A DNA stretch of 64,000 nt, from the NCBI GenBank assembly GCA_048268245.1, contig JBLWVX010000001.1, forward strand, positions 1 through 64,000, read 5' to 3'. The position numbers were made by a program, and so were the translations under genes. Below the pieces are notes generated by a model. That model saw only the letters and a list, made by a program, of their open reading frames with translations, was not told the DNA's origin and made no database searches. Origin of the DNA: Arcobacteraceae bacterium (GTDB lineage: Bacteria; Campylobacterota; Campylobacteria; Campylobacterales; Arcobacteraceae). Below are positions 8,117 through 17,816 of this stretch, in pieces; within the stretch, counting starts at the first letter, position 1, and the number at the start of each line of letters is the position of its first letter.

Positions 8117-10555
8117 CTATTTCATTTTAATTCTAAGTGAGTTTACTACTACAAGTAATGAACTTAAACTCATCGATAGTGCTGCCACTAAAGGTATTAC
8201 ATATCCAAACATAGCAAATGGTATTGTAACTATATTATAAACTAAAGATATAGCTAAATTTTGCTTTATAAACTTGTAAGTTCTCTTTGATATTTCAAAA
8301 GATTTCTTCAATGAAGACAAAGAAGAGTTTAATAAAACAATATCAGAAACCTGCATAGTAATATCAGCAGAGTTACCCATAGCAATTGCAACATCAGCAT
8401 TTGATAAAGCAACAGAGTCATTAACTCCATCTCCAACCATAACTACTGTTTTATTTTCTTGTTTAAGCTTCTTAATAAAATCAGCCTTTTGAACTGGTGT
8501 TTGTTTTGCATAGAACTTAGATATTGAAAGTTTATCACAAACATCTTTAGCTACATTTTCATTGTCACCTGTAAGCATTACTGTTTCTATGTTGTTTTCT
8601 TTTAAATAAGATATTAATTCAATTGCTTTATCTTTTATCTCATCTTCAAGTTCAAAAGTTGCAATAACTTTATTGTCTATTGAAAACATATATATAGTTT
8701 TATTTGAATCAAACTTGTAATCAATATTATTTATTTCCATTAAATCTTGATTTCCACCAAGTAAAATAGATTCCAAACCATTGCTATCAACAAACTTTGC
8801 ACTTAAGCCTTTTGCATCTATACTTTTTATATCAACAAGTTCTTTATACTCTAAATCATACTCTTCTTGTAAATAGTTTTTTACTGCAATACTAACAGGA
8901 TGTTTTGAAGATGAAACTAGAGAGAATAATAGATTCATTTTATGAATACTATTATCTACAATTTCTTTATTTACTACTTTTAGTTTCCCTTTTGTTAAAG
9001 TACCTGTTTTATCAAAAACAACTGTATTTGTTAAAGCAAGTGATTCAATAAATTTTGCTTCTTTAAATAAAAGTCCTTTTTTAGCTAACAAAGAAATACC
9101 AATTAAACTAGCCATTGGTGTAGCTAAAGCTAATGCACAAGGACAAGCAATAACTATTACAGAAATCGCTACAATAAATGACTTTTCAAAGTGATTTGTT
9201 CCCTCATAATCAAATCCTAAATCAACCCCAAAATAATACCAAACTAAAAAAGTTAATAAAGATAAAGTAAGTATTGAAACTGTAAAACCTTTTGATACTT
9301 CATTTGCTTTTGACTGTATCTTTGGTTTTGAGTTTAAAGAGTCTTCAAGTAAAGTAACTATAGATGAAAAAGTAGAGTTTTTAAAATCTTTAGTTACTTC
9401 AAATTCTACAACTGAGTCTGTATTAATTGTACCACTATATAAAATGTCACCTTGTTTTTTATACATAGGAATCGACTCCCCCGTTAAAGATGACTCATCA
9501 AAAGAAGCACTTCCTTTTTTAATTACCCCATCAACAGGTACTTTGTCCCCTGGTTTTATTTCTACTATATCACCAATATTAATACTATTTAAAGAAATAG
9601 TTTCTCTTTTACCATCTTTTATTACTACTGCTTCTAAAGGTAATGTTGATTTAATTTTATCTAATGTATCAACTGCTGATTTTTTACCAATAACTTCTAA
9701 ATATTTTCCAACAAGTACAAAAGTTATAATCATAGCAACTGAATCAAAATAACTTTCACCTTTTGCTCCAAAAAGAATAAAAAGAGAATAAATATATGTA
9801 AGTGTTGCACCTGAAGCTACTAAAAAATCCATATTTAATACTCTATTTTTTAAACCAAAATATGCACCTTTAAAAAATACCCAACCAGAATAAAACAATA
9901 CAGGAGTTGAAAGTAAAAATTCACCTAAATGTACCATCCATTTTACTTCTTCACTCATTCCCGTAAAAAAGCCTGTATATTTTGCTACTCCAAGCATCAT
10001 TATATTCATACTACCAACAACTGCAACCATCATTTTTATGAAATAATCTCTTTTTGCTTCTGTTGCTTTTTTATCTGCAACAGAAGAATCATAAGCATAG
10101 GCGTTATAACCAATAGATCTAATTCTTAAAATAATATCAGATAGTTTTATCTCATCACTATCCCATGTAATTACAGCTTTATTTGTAGTGAAGTTTATAT
10201 TTGCTTCTATAATTCCTTGTGTTTCAAAAAGAATTTTCTCATTTAACCAAACACAAGCAGCACAATGAATTCCTTCAATAATCAAATCAATTTGCTTAAA
10301 ACCCTCAGGAGTTACTCTTACATAAGAGTTTTCGAAACTTGTAGTATTAAATTTTTCTAAATCATCATTATCTGTTTTTAAAGGTGGAGTAATTGTTTTA
10401 TTTCCCAATTTATCATAAAAAGAGTCTAAACCATCATCTTTTAAAAGATGGTAAACTCCTTGACAACCTTTACAACAAAAATTTAACTCACCCTCTTTTA
10501 TCATAATATCATCATCAAAACTTAAATGACAATGATTACACTTTACTTTTGACAC
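8117..10555 (-). CDS. ccoI: P1B-type copper ATPase, CcoI/FixI-like
   Basis: CNHC and FCCKGC N-terminal domain, HCAAC HMA, LTGES, CPCAL, DKTGT, GDGVND; GTG start. Confidence 0.85.
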   Translation of the reverse strand: MSKVKCNHCHLSFDDDIMIKEGELNFCCKGCQGVYHLLKDDGLDSFYDKLGNKTITPPLKTDNDDLEKFNTTSFENSYVRVTPEGFKQIDLIIEGIHCAACVWLNEKILFETQGIIEANINFTTNKAVITWDSDEIKLSDIILRIRSIGYNAYAYDSSVADKKATEAKRDYFIKMMVAVVGSMNIMMLGVAKYTGFFTGMSEEVKWMVHLGEFLLSTPVLFYSGWVFFKGAYFGLKNRVLNMDFLVASGATLTYIYSLFILFGAKGESYFDSVAMIITFVLVGKYLEVIGKKSAVDTLDKIKSTLPLEAVVIKDGKRETISLNSINIGDIVEIKPGDKVPVDGVIKKGSASFDESSLTGESIPMYKKQGDILYSGTINTDSVVEFEVTKDFKNSTFSSIVTLLEDSLNSKPKIQSKANEVSKGFTVSILTLSLLTFLVWYYFGVDLGFDYEGTNHFEKSFIVAISVIVIACPCALALATPMASLIGISLLAKKGLLFKEAKFIESLALTNTVVFDKTGTLTKGKLKVVNKEIVDNSIHKMNLLFSLVSSSKHPVSIAVKNYLQEEYDLEYKELVDIKSIDAKGLSAKFVDSNGLESILLGGNQDLMEINNIDYKFDSNKTIYMFSIDNKVIATFELEDEIKDKAIELISYLKENNIETVMLTGDNENVAKDVCDKLSISKFYAKQTPVQKADFIKKLKQENKTVVMVGDGVNDSVALSNADVAIAMGNSADITMQVSDIVLLNSSLSSLKKSFEISKRTYKFIKQNLAISLVYNIVTIPFAMFGYVIPLVAALSMSLSSLLVVVNSLRIKMK

Positions 10556-10694
10556 TTTATATAATTCCTATTTTTAATAAATAATTTTTTGATTGAATCT
10601 TTAATTTAGTTAAGAAGTTACTATTTTCTCTATTATTAACTTTATTTATATCTAAATATGATATTATATCGTAATAATTATGGAGTAAGTCTTA

Positions 10695-12320
10695 ATGGTA
10701 AATAATAATATTTCTATACTAAAAAACATAACAATCCTTTATGCAGAAGATGAAAAAGACTTAAGGGATGTTACACATCAGATACTAAAAGGTTTTACAA
10801 AAAAACAATATTTAGCTCAAGATGGACAAGAAGGTTTAGAGCTTTTTAAAAAGTATCAAGACGAAATTGACTTAATCATAACAGATGTAAATATGCCAAA
10901 TATGAACGGTCTTGAAATGGTTAAAGAGATTAAAAAAATAAATATGAACATCCCTATTATTGTAGCAACTGCTTTTTCAAATAAAGAGTACTTATTAGAG
11001 GCTATTGATATTGGAGTTGATAAATATGTATTAAAACCTATTGATGTTGCAAAACTATTACAAGTTATGTCTCAATCACTACTTTACCATGAACTAAAAG
11101 ACTTATATATTGATAAACTAACAAACTTACCAAATAGAAATAGATTAAAAAAAGATTTAGAAAATACAGAAATTGACCTAATGGCACTTTTAGATATTGA
11201 TGAGTTTTCAACTATCAATGACCTTTTTGGTGAAAAAAATGGTGATATTATTTTATCTGAGCTTGCTAAAACTATCAAGAAGCATTTCAGTGCTGATCAT
11301 TTTAAAATCTATAGAATGGAAGCAGATAAATTTGCTATTGTTTCAAAAGATAAAAATGAAGATGTTAATAAATTTTATGATTTATGTAAAAGCTTTGCTG
11401 ATAAAATAGAAAAAGACTCTTTATTTATCAATGATGATAAAATAGATATTAATGTAACAATAGGAATTGCAAAAGGTGATGGTTCTAGAGCCTTTAAATA
11501 TTCTCAAAGAGTTATCAACTATGCAAGAAGTAAAATGCAAAGAATTATGATTTATAATGAAGCATTTAATATTCAAGAATCATTTGAAGAAAATATAAAA
11601 TGGGTAAAACAAGTTAAAATTGGATTTAGAGAAAATCTTTTCCAAGCTTATTTCCAACCTATCGTTGATACAACAACAAAAGAAATCTATAAATATGAAG
11701 CATTAATTAGATATGTAACAAAAGATAATAAAGAAATATCACCAATCAATTTTATAAACGTTGCAAAAAGAACTAAACTTTATCCAAATATCATAAAAAT
11801 TGTTATTGATGACTCTTTTAAACTTATTAAGAATAAAAATAAAAGAGTATCAGTTAATATCTCATTTGATGATATTGCAAATAAAGAGACAACCTCATTT
11901 ATTTATAAAATACTAGAAGAGAATAAAGATTATTCACATCTATTAGAGTTTGAAATACTTGAATCAGAAGAGATTTCTGACTTTGATGAAGTAACAAAAT
12001 TTATTGAAAATGTTAAAAGATTTAACTGTTCAGTTGGGGTTGATGACTTTGGTGCAGGATACTCAAACTTCAACCTTCTAACACTTCTTGATATTGATTT
12101 TGTAAAAATTGATGGTTCACTAATTGAAAATATCAATACTTCAAAAGATTTAGAAATTATTGTAACAACTATCGCTAACTTCTCAAAAGAGTTTGGAGTT
12201 AAAACTGTTGCTGAATTTGTATCAAAAGAAGAGATTTATAATAAAATAAAAGAGTTAAAGATTGACTACTGTCAAGGGTATTACTTTGAAAGACCTATAA
12301 ACTATGATAGTATTAAGTAG
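10695..12320 (+). CDS. Receiver + degenerate GGDEF + EAL protein (probable c-di-GMP phosphodiesterase)
   Basis: REC (AEDE, TDVNMP, KP); GGDEF position reads EADKF; EAL domain with EALIR and DDFGAGYS. Confidence 0.85.
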   Translation: MVNNNISILKNITILYAEDEKDLRDVTHQILKGFTKKQYLAQDGQEGLELFKKYQDEIDLIITDVNMPNMNGLEMVKEIKKINMNIPIIVATAFSNKEYLLEAIDIGVDKYVLKPIDVAKLLQVMSQSLLYHELKDLYIDKLTNLPNRNRLKKDLENTEIDLMALLDIDEFSTINDLFGEKNGDIILSELAKTIKKHFSADHFKIYRMEADKFAIVSKDKNEDVNKFYDLCKSFADKIEKDSLFINDDKIDINVTIGIAKGDGSRAFKYSQRVINYARSKMQRIMIYNEAFNIQESFEENIKWVKQVKIGFRENLFQAYFQPIVDTTTKEIYKYEALIRYVTKDNKEISPINFINVAKRTKLYPNIIKIVIDDSFKLIKNKNKRVSVNISFDDIANKETTSFIYKILEENKDYSHLLEFEILESEEISDFDEVTKFIENVKRFNCSVGVDDFGAGYSNFNLLTLLDIDFVKIDGSLIENINTSKDLEIIVTTIANFSKEFGVKTVAEFVSKEEIYNKIKELKIDYCQGYYFERPINYDSIK

Positions 12321-12322
12321 GC

Positions 12323-12943
12323 TTATTTAAGCCAACTTGATACTATATTATCTTTATTAAATAGTTTTGTTTTAATTCTTGCTATATTAGCAATACTAAC
12401 TAATTGTTTTGAAGCTTCTGCTAAATCATCATTTACTATAAAGTAATCATAATCTTGGAAAAACTCTACTTCATGCTTAGCATTTTTGATTCTTTTTTCA
12501 ATTACATCTTTTGAATCAGTAGCTCTACTATTTAATCTATTTTCTAATACACTTAAATTTGGAGTTGTTATAAATACTGAAGTTACTACATCATCTAATT
12601 GTTTTCTAACTAATTCATGACCTTGAACATCTATATCAAAAATTACAAGTTTTCCTTCTTCTAAAGCTTTTTTAACAGGCTTTAAAGATGTTCCATAATA
12701 ATTTCCATGAACATTAGCATATTCTAAAAAATCACCATTTTCTATATCTCTTTCAAATTCTTCTTTTGAAACAAATAAATAATCAACGCCATGTTGTTCA
12801 CCTTCTCTAGGTTCTCTTGTAGTTGTAGATATAGAGAAATAGTAATCTTCAATATCTTTATATACTTCTTTTAATAAAGTTGACTTACCACACCCACTTG
12901 GACCTGATAAGATAAGAATTGCACCATGTTTTTCTTCAATCAA
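12323..12943 (-). CDS. gmk: Guanylate kinase
   Basis: GPSGCGKST, TTREPREGE, GNYYGT, DIDVQG. Confidence 0.95.
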   Translation of the reverse strand: MIEEKHGAILILSGPSGCGKSTLLKEVYKDIEDYYFSISTTTREPREGEQHGVDYLFVSKEEFERDIENGDFLEYANVHGNYYGTSLKPVKKALEEGKLVIFDIDVQGHELVRKQLDDVVTSVFITTPNLSVLENRLNSRATDSKDVIEKRIKNAKHEVEFFQDYDYFIVNDDLAEASKQLVSIANIARIKTKLFNKDNIVSSWLK

Positions 12944-13768
12944 CTATTTATCCTTTAAAACTAATCTAATATCAACACTTTGACCACTTGAAAGCTTATC
13001 AATAACTTCTTGATTGAACTTTTCTAAAAATGGTTTTAATTCATTTATACTATAATCACTTAATACTAATTTATAAGGCAGGACTTCTGACTTTCCTTGT
13101 CCTTCATCTAAATTAAATTCATACTCTTTTACTTCTTCTAAAGCATCATCAATAATATCAGATATATCTTTCCAATCTTGTTGGTCCATATGAACTTCAT
13201 TTTGGATTTCTTCTTCTTTTAGAATATTATTGATTTTATTTAATTCATTATCATCAAGTACACCACCCTCTTTTAGTGAAGCAAGGCTAACTATACTTTC
13301 ATCATTATCTTCTTCTATATCAGAATATACATCATCTGCTAAAGACTCAACATAATCAGTTATAGGTATTGTAACTTCATCATCTTCAAAATAGTCATCT
13401 TCGAGATTCGATGAAGTTCTAGAAGAGTTTAAAAACTGCTGTGTTGCTTCTTTTTCATCTTCTTTTATATTTTCTATTTCTTCTTTGATTATTTCTTGAA
13501 GTTTTGTAGGTAAAAAAGGTCTTGGTATTATAAAGTCTCTTGATTTGTCAAAAGGTAATTCTTCACTTGATATAGCTCCAAGTCTTTTTGAGTACTGCTT
13601 AATTATATTAAATTTATCATCTATAAAGCTTTGATCAATAACAATTAAATCATACTTTTCTTTTACATTAGTGTCATCTGTAATTGTTAATTCTAAATTT
13701 AACTTTTTACAAACTAATGAAAAGATTTGCTCTATTATTGCAGTTTCACATATCAATAATAAATTCAC
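12944..13768 (-). CDS. Highly acidic conserved hypothetical protein with receiver-like N-terminus
   Basis: D/E-rich; N-terminal alpha/beta segment ending RPFLPTKL; lies upstream of gmk like the Campylobacter 'highly acidic protein'. Confidence 0.6.
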   Translation of the reverse strand: MNLLLICETAIIEQIFSLVCKKLNLELTITDDTNVKEKYDLIVIDQSFIDDKFNIIKQYSKRLGAISSEELPFDKSRDFIIPRPFLPTKLQEIIKEEIENIKEDEKEATQQFLNSSRTSSNLEDDYFEDDEVTIPITDYVESLADDVYSDIEEDNDESIVSLASLKEGGVLDDNELNKINNILKEEEIQNEVHMDQQDWKDISDIIDDALEEVKEYEFNLDEGQGKSEVLPYKLVLSDYSINELKPFLEKFNQEVIDKLSSGQSVDIRLVLKDK

Positions 13769-14445
13769 TTTAACTCCTGCAATTTTTTATCTTCAAGCTT
13801 ATATACTTTATCACATCTCATAGCTAAATCATTTTCATGTGTAACAAGTACTAGTCCTGCTTCATTTTGTTTAATATAATTAAATAGTGTATCCATCACC
13901 ATATTTGCAGTATCTTTATCAAGATTTCCTGTTGGCTCATCTGCAAAGATAATTTTTGGCTTTTTGGTTAAAACTCTTGCAATAGACAATCTTTGTTGTT
14001 GTCCACCACTTAACTCTCCTACACCTTGATTTAATACATGTTCTATTCCTAAATCATGTAATAGTTTTGTGTCTGTTTCTTCATTGCTTAACAACTTAGC
14101 AATGTCTAAATTTTCATTTGCACTAAACCCTCTAAAAAGATAATGAGCTTGAAATATTATACCAAAATCTTCTCTTCTTATCTTTAAAAGATTTTTCTGC
14201 TTTATGTCGTACAAACTTTTATTTTCAAATACTACTTCACCCTCAAAAGGCTTTAATAGAGATGACAATATATTTAAAAGTGTTGATTTACCACTTCCAC
14301 TTGTACCAATAATTGCGATAGATTGTTCTTTGTATAATGCTAGATTTATATTTTTAAAAAGTTCATAATCAAATTTATGAAATAGTTTTTTAGCCTCTAA
14401 AAGAGGAGGTGTAATGAGTGCCTCGTTATTATCTTGTACACCCAT
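13765..14445 (-). CDS. ABC transporter ATP-binding protein (LolD-like)
   Basis: GTSGSGKST, LSGGQQQR, ADEPTGNLD. Confidence 0.8.
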   Translation of the reverse strand: MGVQDNNEALITPPLLEAKKLFHKFDYELFKNINLALYKEQSIAIIGTSGSGKSTLLNILSSLLKPFEGEVVFENKSLYDIKQKNLLKIRREDFGIIFQAHYLFRGFSANENLDIAKLLSNEETDTKLLHDLGIEHVLNQGVGELSGGQQQRLSIARVLTKKPKIIFADEPTGNLDKDTANMVMDTLFNYIKQNEAGLVLVTHENDLAMRCDKVYKLEDKKLQELK

Positions 14446-14484
14446 TACATAGTCCTTTTAAGTAGTTATAATTATAAATAATTA

Positions 14485-15528
14485 TTAGTTACCCATTTGT
14501 GCAGCAACTTCTGCAGCAAAATCTTCTTCTTTTTTCTCGATACCATCACCAAGTTCAAATCTTACGTACTCAACGATTTCAATTGAAGCGTCAACAGCTT
14601 TAATAGCTTCTTCAACTGTCATTGAATCATCCATAACGTAAGTTTGAGATAATAATGCGTGAGCTTTATCTAATTGAGAGTTATCTTCAATCCATCTGTT
14701 AATTTTACCTTTAACAATGTTTCCGATAATTTTTTCAGGTTTACCTTGAGCTAATAACTCTTCTTTCATTCTTTCTTCAGCAGCCACAGTTGCTTCAGCA
14801 GTTAATTGTTGTTTAGAAACAAACTCAGGGATATTTTTAAGAGGTTTACCAAGTCTTACTAACTCTTCATTCTCTTTTTCAATATCAGCAATAATTGCTT
14901 TGTTTTCTGATTCAATAAAATCAGCTGATAAATCTTGGTAAGAAATAACAGTTGGTTTCATAGAAGCAGCGTGCATTGCAACTTTCTTTAATAATTCAGT
15001 AGTTTTTTCTTTTGCAGTTTCATCACATTTAGCAGCTAAGATAACACCTACTTTTCCTAAGTGAACATAACCATTTACAACAGGACCTTCAACATTTACA
15101 ACTTTTCTAGCAACTAAGTTTTCACCAATAACAGCAATTTTTTCGTTTAAGAAAGTTGTGAAGTCTTGACCTTCAATTGTAGATGCTGCTAAAGCTTCAG
15201 CGTCAGCAATGTTATTTGCTTGAGCGTGAGCTGTAATGTTTTTAGTTAAGTTTAAGAACTGCTCATTTTTTGCAACGAAGTCAGTTTGTGAGTTAACTTC
15301 AGTCATTGTAGCTTTAGTGTTATCATCATTAACTAAAATAGTAATAATACCTTCAGCCGCAACGTTACCTGATTTTTTAGCAGCCTTTGCAAGACCTTGC
15401 TCTCTTAACCAAGTTTGTGCTTCTTCGATGTCACCGTTACACTCGTTTAATGCTTTTTTACAATCAAGCATTCCTGCACCAGATTTTTCTCTAAGTTCTT
15501 TAATTAATTTTGGAGTTGCACCAGCCAT
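14485..15528 (-). CDS. tsf: Elongation factor Ts
   Basis: KELREKSGAGMLDCKKAL, NSQTDFVAKN, DFAAEVAAQM. Confidence 0.97.
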   Translation of the reverse strand: MAGATPKLIKELREKSGAGMLDCKKALNECNGDIEEAQTWLREQGLAKAAKKSGNVAAEGIITILVNDDNTKATMTEVNSQTDFVAKNEQFLNLTKNITAHAQANNIADAEALAASTIEGQDFTTFLNEKIAVIGENLVARKVVNVEGPVVNGYVHLGKVGVILAAKCDETAKEKTTELLKKVAMHAASMKPTVISYQDLSADFIESENKAIIADIEKENEELVRLGKPLKNIPEFVSKQQLTAEATVAAEERMKEELLAQGKPEKIIGNIVKGKINRWIEDNSQLDKAHALLSQTYVMDDSMTVEEAIKAVDASIEIVEYVRFELGDGIEKKEEDFAAEVAAQMGN

Positions 15529-15530
15529 AA

Positions 15531-16316
15531 TTACGCTTCCTTTGTTTCTTCAGTTGTTGCTTCAGCTACTGCTTCTGCTACTACTTCTTCTGCTTCCTCA
15601 GCTGTTACAGCTTCCTCTTCTTGACCTTCTTCGTCTGCTAATGCTGCTTTACCTTCGTTCATAGCTGCAGCCATTTCGTTACAAAATAGTTGAATAGATC
15701 TGATTGCATCATCGTTACCTGGAATTGGTAAATCAACTAAATCAGGGTCACAGTTAGTATCTAAAGGAGCGATAACAGTGATTCCTAATCTTCTAGCTTC
15801 TTTAATTGCAATTCTTTCTTTAACAGCATCAATAATGAACATCATATCTGGTAATTTGTTCATTTCTTTAATACCACCTAAGTAAAGCTCTAATTTTTGC
15901 TCTTTTCTAGAAAGCATTAAAGCTTCTTTTTTAGTTAATAGGTCTAATTGACCTTCTTCTCTCATTTTTTTGATAACTTCTAATTTTCTAATAGATTTTT
16001 TGATTGTTCCGTAGTTTGTTAACATACCACCTAACCATCTGTGGTTAACGTATGGCATATCACAAGATTCAGCAGCTTTTTTGATAGCTTCGCTAGCTTG
16101 CTTTTTAGTACCAACAAATACCATTGTTTGACCTTCAGCAGCTCTGTCTCTTACTACATTATATGTATATCTGAAATATCTTAATGTTTTTTGTAAATCA
16201 ATAATATAAATGTTCTTTCTTACACCGAAAATGAATTTTTTCATTTTTGGATTCCATCTTCTTGTTTGGTGTCCGAAGTGTACACCACATTCTAATAGGT
16301 CTTTCATTGTAACCAT
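15531..16316 (-). CDS. rpsB: 30S ribosomal protein S2
   Basis: [25 protein letters not shown]. Start placed at 16316 (AGGAGA RBS) rather than the ORF-track 16412. Confidence 0.97.
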   Translation of the reverse strand: MVTMKDLLECGVHFGHQTRRWNPKMKKFIFGVRKNIYIIDLQKTLRYFRYTYNVVRDRAAEGQTMVFVGTKKQASEAIKKAAESCDMPYVNHRWLGGMLTNYGTIKKSIRKLEVIKKMREEGQLDLLTKKEALMLSRKEQKLELYLGGIKEMNKLPDMMFIIDAVKERIAIKEARRLGITVIAPLDTNCDPDLVDLPIPGNDDAIRSIQLFCNEMAAAMNEGKAALADEEGQEEEAVTAEEAEEVVAEAVAEATTEETKEA

Positions 16317-16339
16317 AGTATCTCCTTGGATATATTTAA

Positions 16340-16410
16340 AATTGGGTTTTGCCTCTGTGTCCCTTAATGCAAAATTGCACAACCCATAACAGGAATTTGA
16401 CACATGTGAC
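16340..16410 (-). ncRNA. rpsB 5' leader (S2 autoregulatory, t44-like)
   Basis: Minus strand gtcacaTGTGTCaaattcctgttatGGGTTgtgcaattttgcattaaggGACACAgaggcaaAACCC: a TGTGTC/GACACA helix plus GGGTT/AACCC pairing, resembling the enterobacterial leader ending GGAGGCAUAACCCC. Confidence 0.7.
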
Positions 16411-16771
16411 ATTTCTAATAAAAATTAGAACCGTGATTTTATCTAAGATAAGTTTAATTTTTCTTTAAGTGATTTTTGCAAAGATTAATTATTAAAAGCT
16501 AAGTATCTTAACTTTTCATTAATTTCTCTATTATATATAAATTGACTTATTGCCTGTTTCATTTTTATATCATATATAGATTTTAAAAAGCTTTCTGTTG
16601 CAAGAGATAAAGTAATTATATAGAAATAGTCTATTTTCTCAAATAAAACTAAATATGGAAAGGATTTTTATAAAAGTACTTATTCAAATGAGGAGCAAAA
16701 ATGCTCTTAATTTGATGCTTTTACTTAAAGAAAAAATTAGTTCTAAATTTTAAAATTTCAAGTTATTTTAA

Positions 16772-17644
16772 GGTGGCGACTGACCCTATTTTCTATTTTC
16801 TGATTTGTTATGTTAACTCTTTCCTAATATCAATTGACGAAAAACACTAGATTTATACTCTATTATATTTAAAGTATTTGGGTCTTTGTCAGAACTTTCA
16901 AGTGCCCAATATTTACTTGGGTTCCATTCAATGCTTCTATCATTCCCTGAGCCTTTTTGGTTAATGAAGCCCCAAAACCATAAGTCATCCCAAACTGCCA
17001 TTTCTTCAACACTATAATATTTATGGAGCTCTTTGTTAATTGAATCAAACGAAGGTTTAGACATCCCCAGTTGCTTAAAAATTTCTATAATCACTGTATC
17101 AACAGGGAGAAATATTTTATCATTATTCAAAGTCTGTGGAGTGTCATCCCAAAATACAAGTTCCTTATCGTATTTTTTGTAATGTATATTAAAAATGACT
17201 TTTGTAAATAATGCCGAAGTTTTTTTTCCCCAACCTTTATTATTTTTTAGATTTTCATATAGAGTTTTATAGCTAGTACCATCTGAATCACTTAAAGCTC
17301 TTACAAAACTCTTAAAGGATTTTAAGCTGTCATATTTTTTCCGGACTATACAACGAAAGAAATCCGAAAGTAGATCAATTTTTGGCTGACTTTGGGTATT
17401 GACAATACTATACAAAAGGGCAATGATTTTTTCTTCTACACTTTCATGATAAAATAGTATCTTTTTATACTCTTTCATTTGAAATTTTTTATTGTATGAT
17501 TCATTTTTTAGCAAAAAATTGTATATAGGCTGCAATTCGTTTTTCATTGTAAAATTTTTCCTATGTAATATAACGTTTAAAATGAGCTGATAAATTGCTC
17601 GTAAGGTAATTAAATTAAAGGATCCAGGTGTTGAATTGTGAATT
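16772..17644 (-). mobile_element. Orphan integron-like gene cassette with truncated attC arms
   Basis: Core GTTATAT (17568-17574) 20 bp before the ATG; inverse core ACATAAC (16807-16813) overlapping the stop codon; partial attC-like hairpin at 17575-17611; no integrase in the window. Confidence 0.6.
16813..17547 (-). CDS. Hypothetical protein with HhH-GPD DNA glycosylase-like motifs
   Basis: LKNNKGWGKKTSALF followed by FLPVDTVIIEIFKQLG; uses CGT/CGG/TCG codons that are rare in neighbouring genes. Confidence 0.5.
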   Translation of the reverse strand: MKNELQPIYNFLLKNESYNKKFQMKEYKKILFYHESVEEKIIALLYSIVNTQSQPKIDLLSDFFRCIVRKKYDSLKSFKSFVRALSDSDGTSYKTLYENLKNNKGWGKKTSALFTKVIFNIHYKKYDKELVFWDDTPQTLNNDKIFLPVDTVIIEIFKQLGMSKPSFDSINKELHKYYSVEEMAVWDDLWFWGFINQKGSGNDRSIEWNPSKYWALESSDKDPNTLNIIEYKSSVFRQLILGKS

Positions 17645-17816
17645 TGACTTTTTAAAAGTAGAAATTCATGACTACCTTTATTTCCATTATTTTATTCTAT
17701 AAGATAACAAATTTTGGTTTTAAATTTTATTAAAATAATTAAATACTTAATATTTTAAGAATAAAAAACTAAGCAACAAGAAATCGCAAAACTTATTGCC
17801 TAGTTTGATTATTGTG

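Noticed and set aside
15236..15664. 142 aa plus-strand ORF and the other short antisense or overlapping ORFs (e.g. 9444-9752, 21971-22423, 20500-20721, 59758-60018)
   Set aside because: Shadow frames of well-supported genes with no recognisable motifs.
16317..16412. N-terminal extension of S2 in the ORF track
   Set aside because: A strong RBS precedes the Met at 16316, and the extension coincides with the structured leader.
16487..16667. Short open frame on the minus strand ending MKQAISQFIYNREINEKLRYLAFNN
   Set aside because: No convincing RBS or recognisable homology; it could be a gene remnant but cannot be supported.
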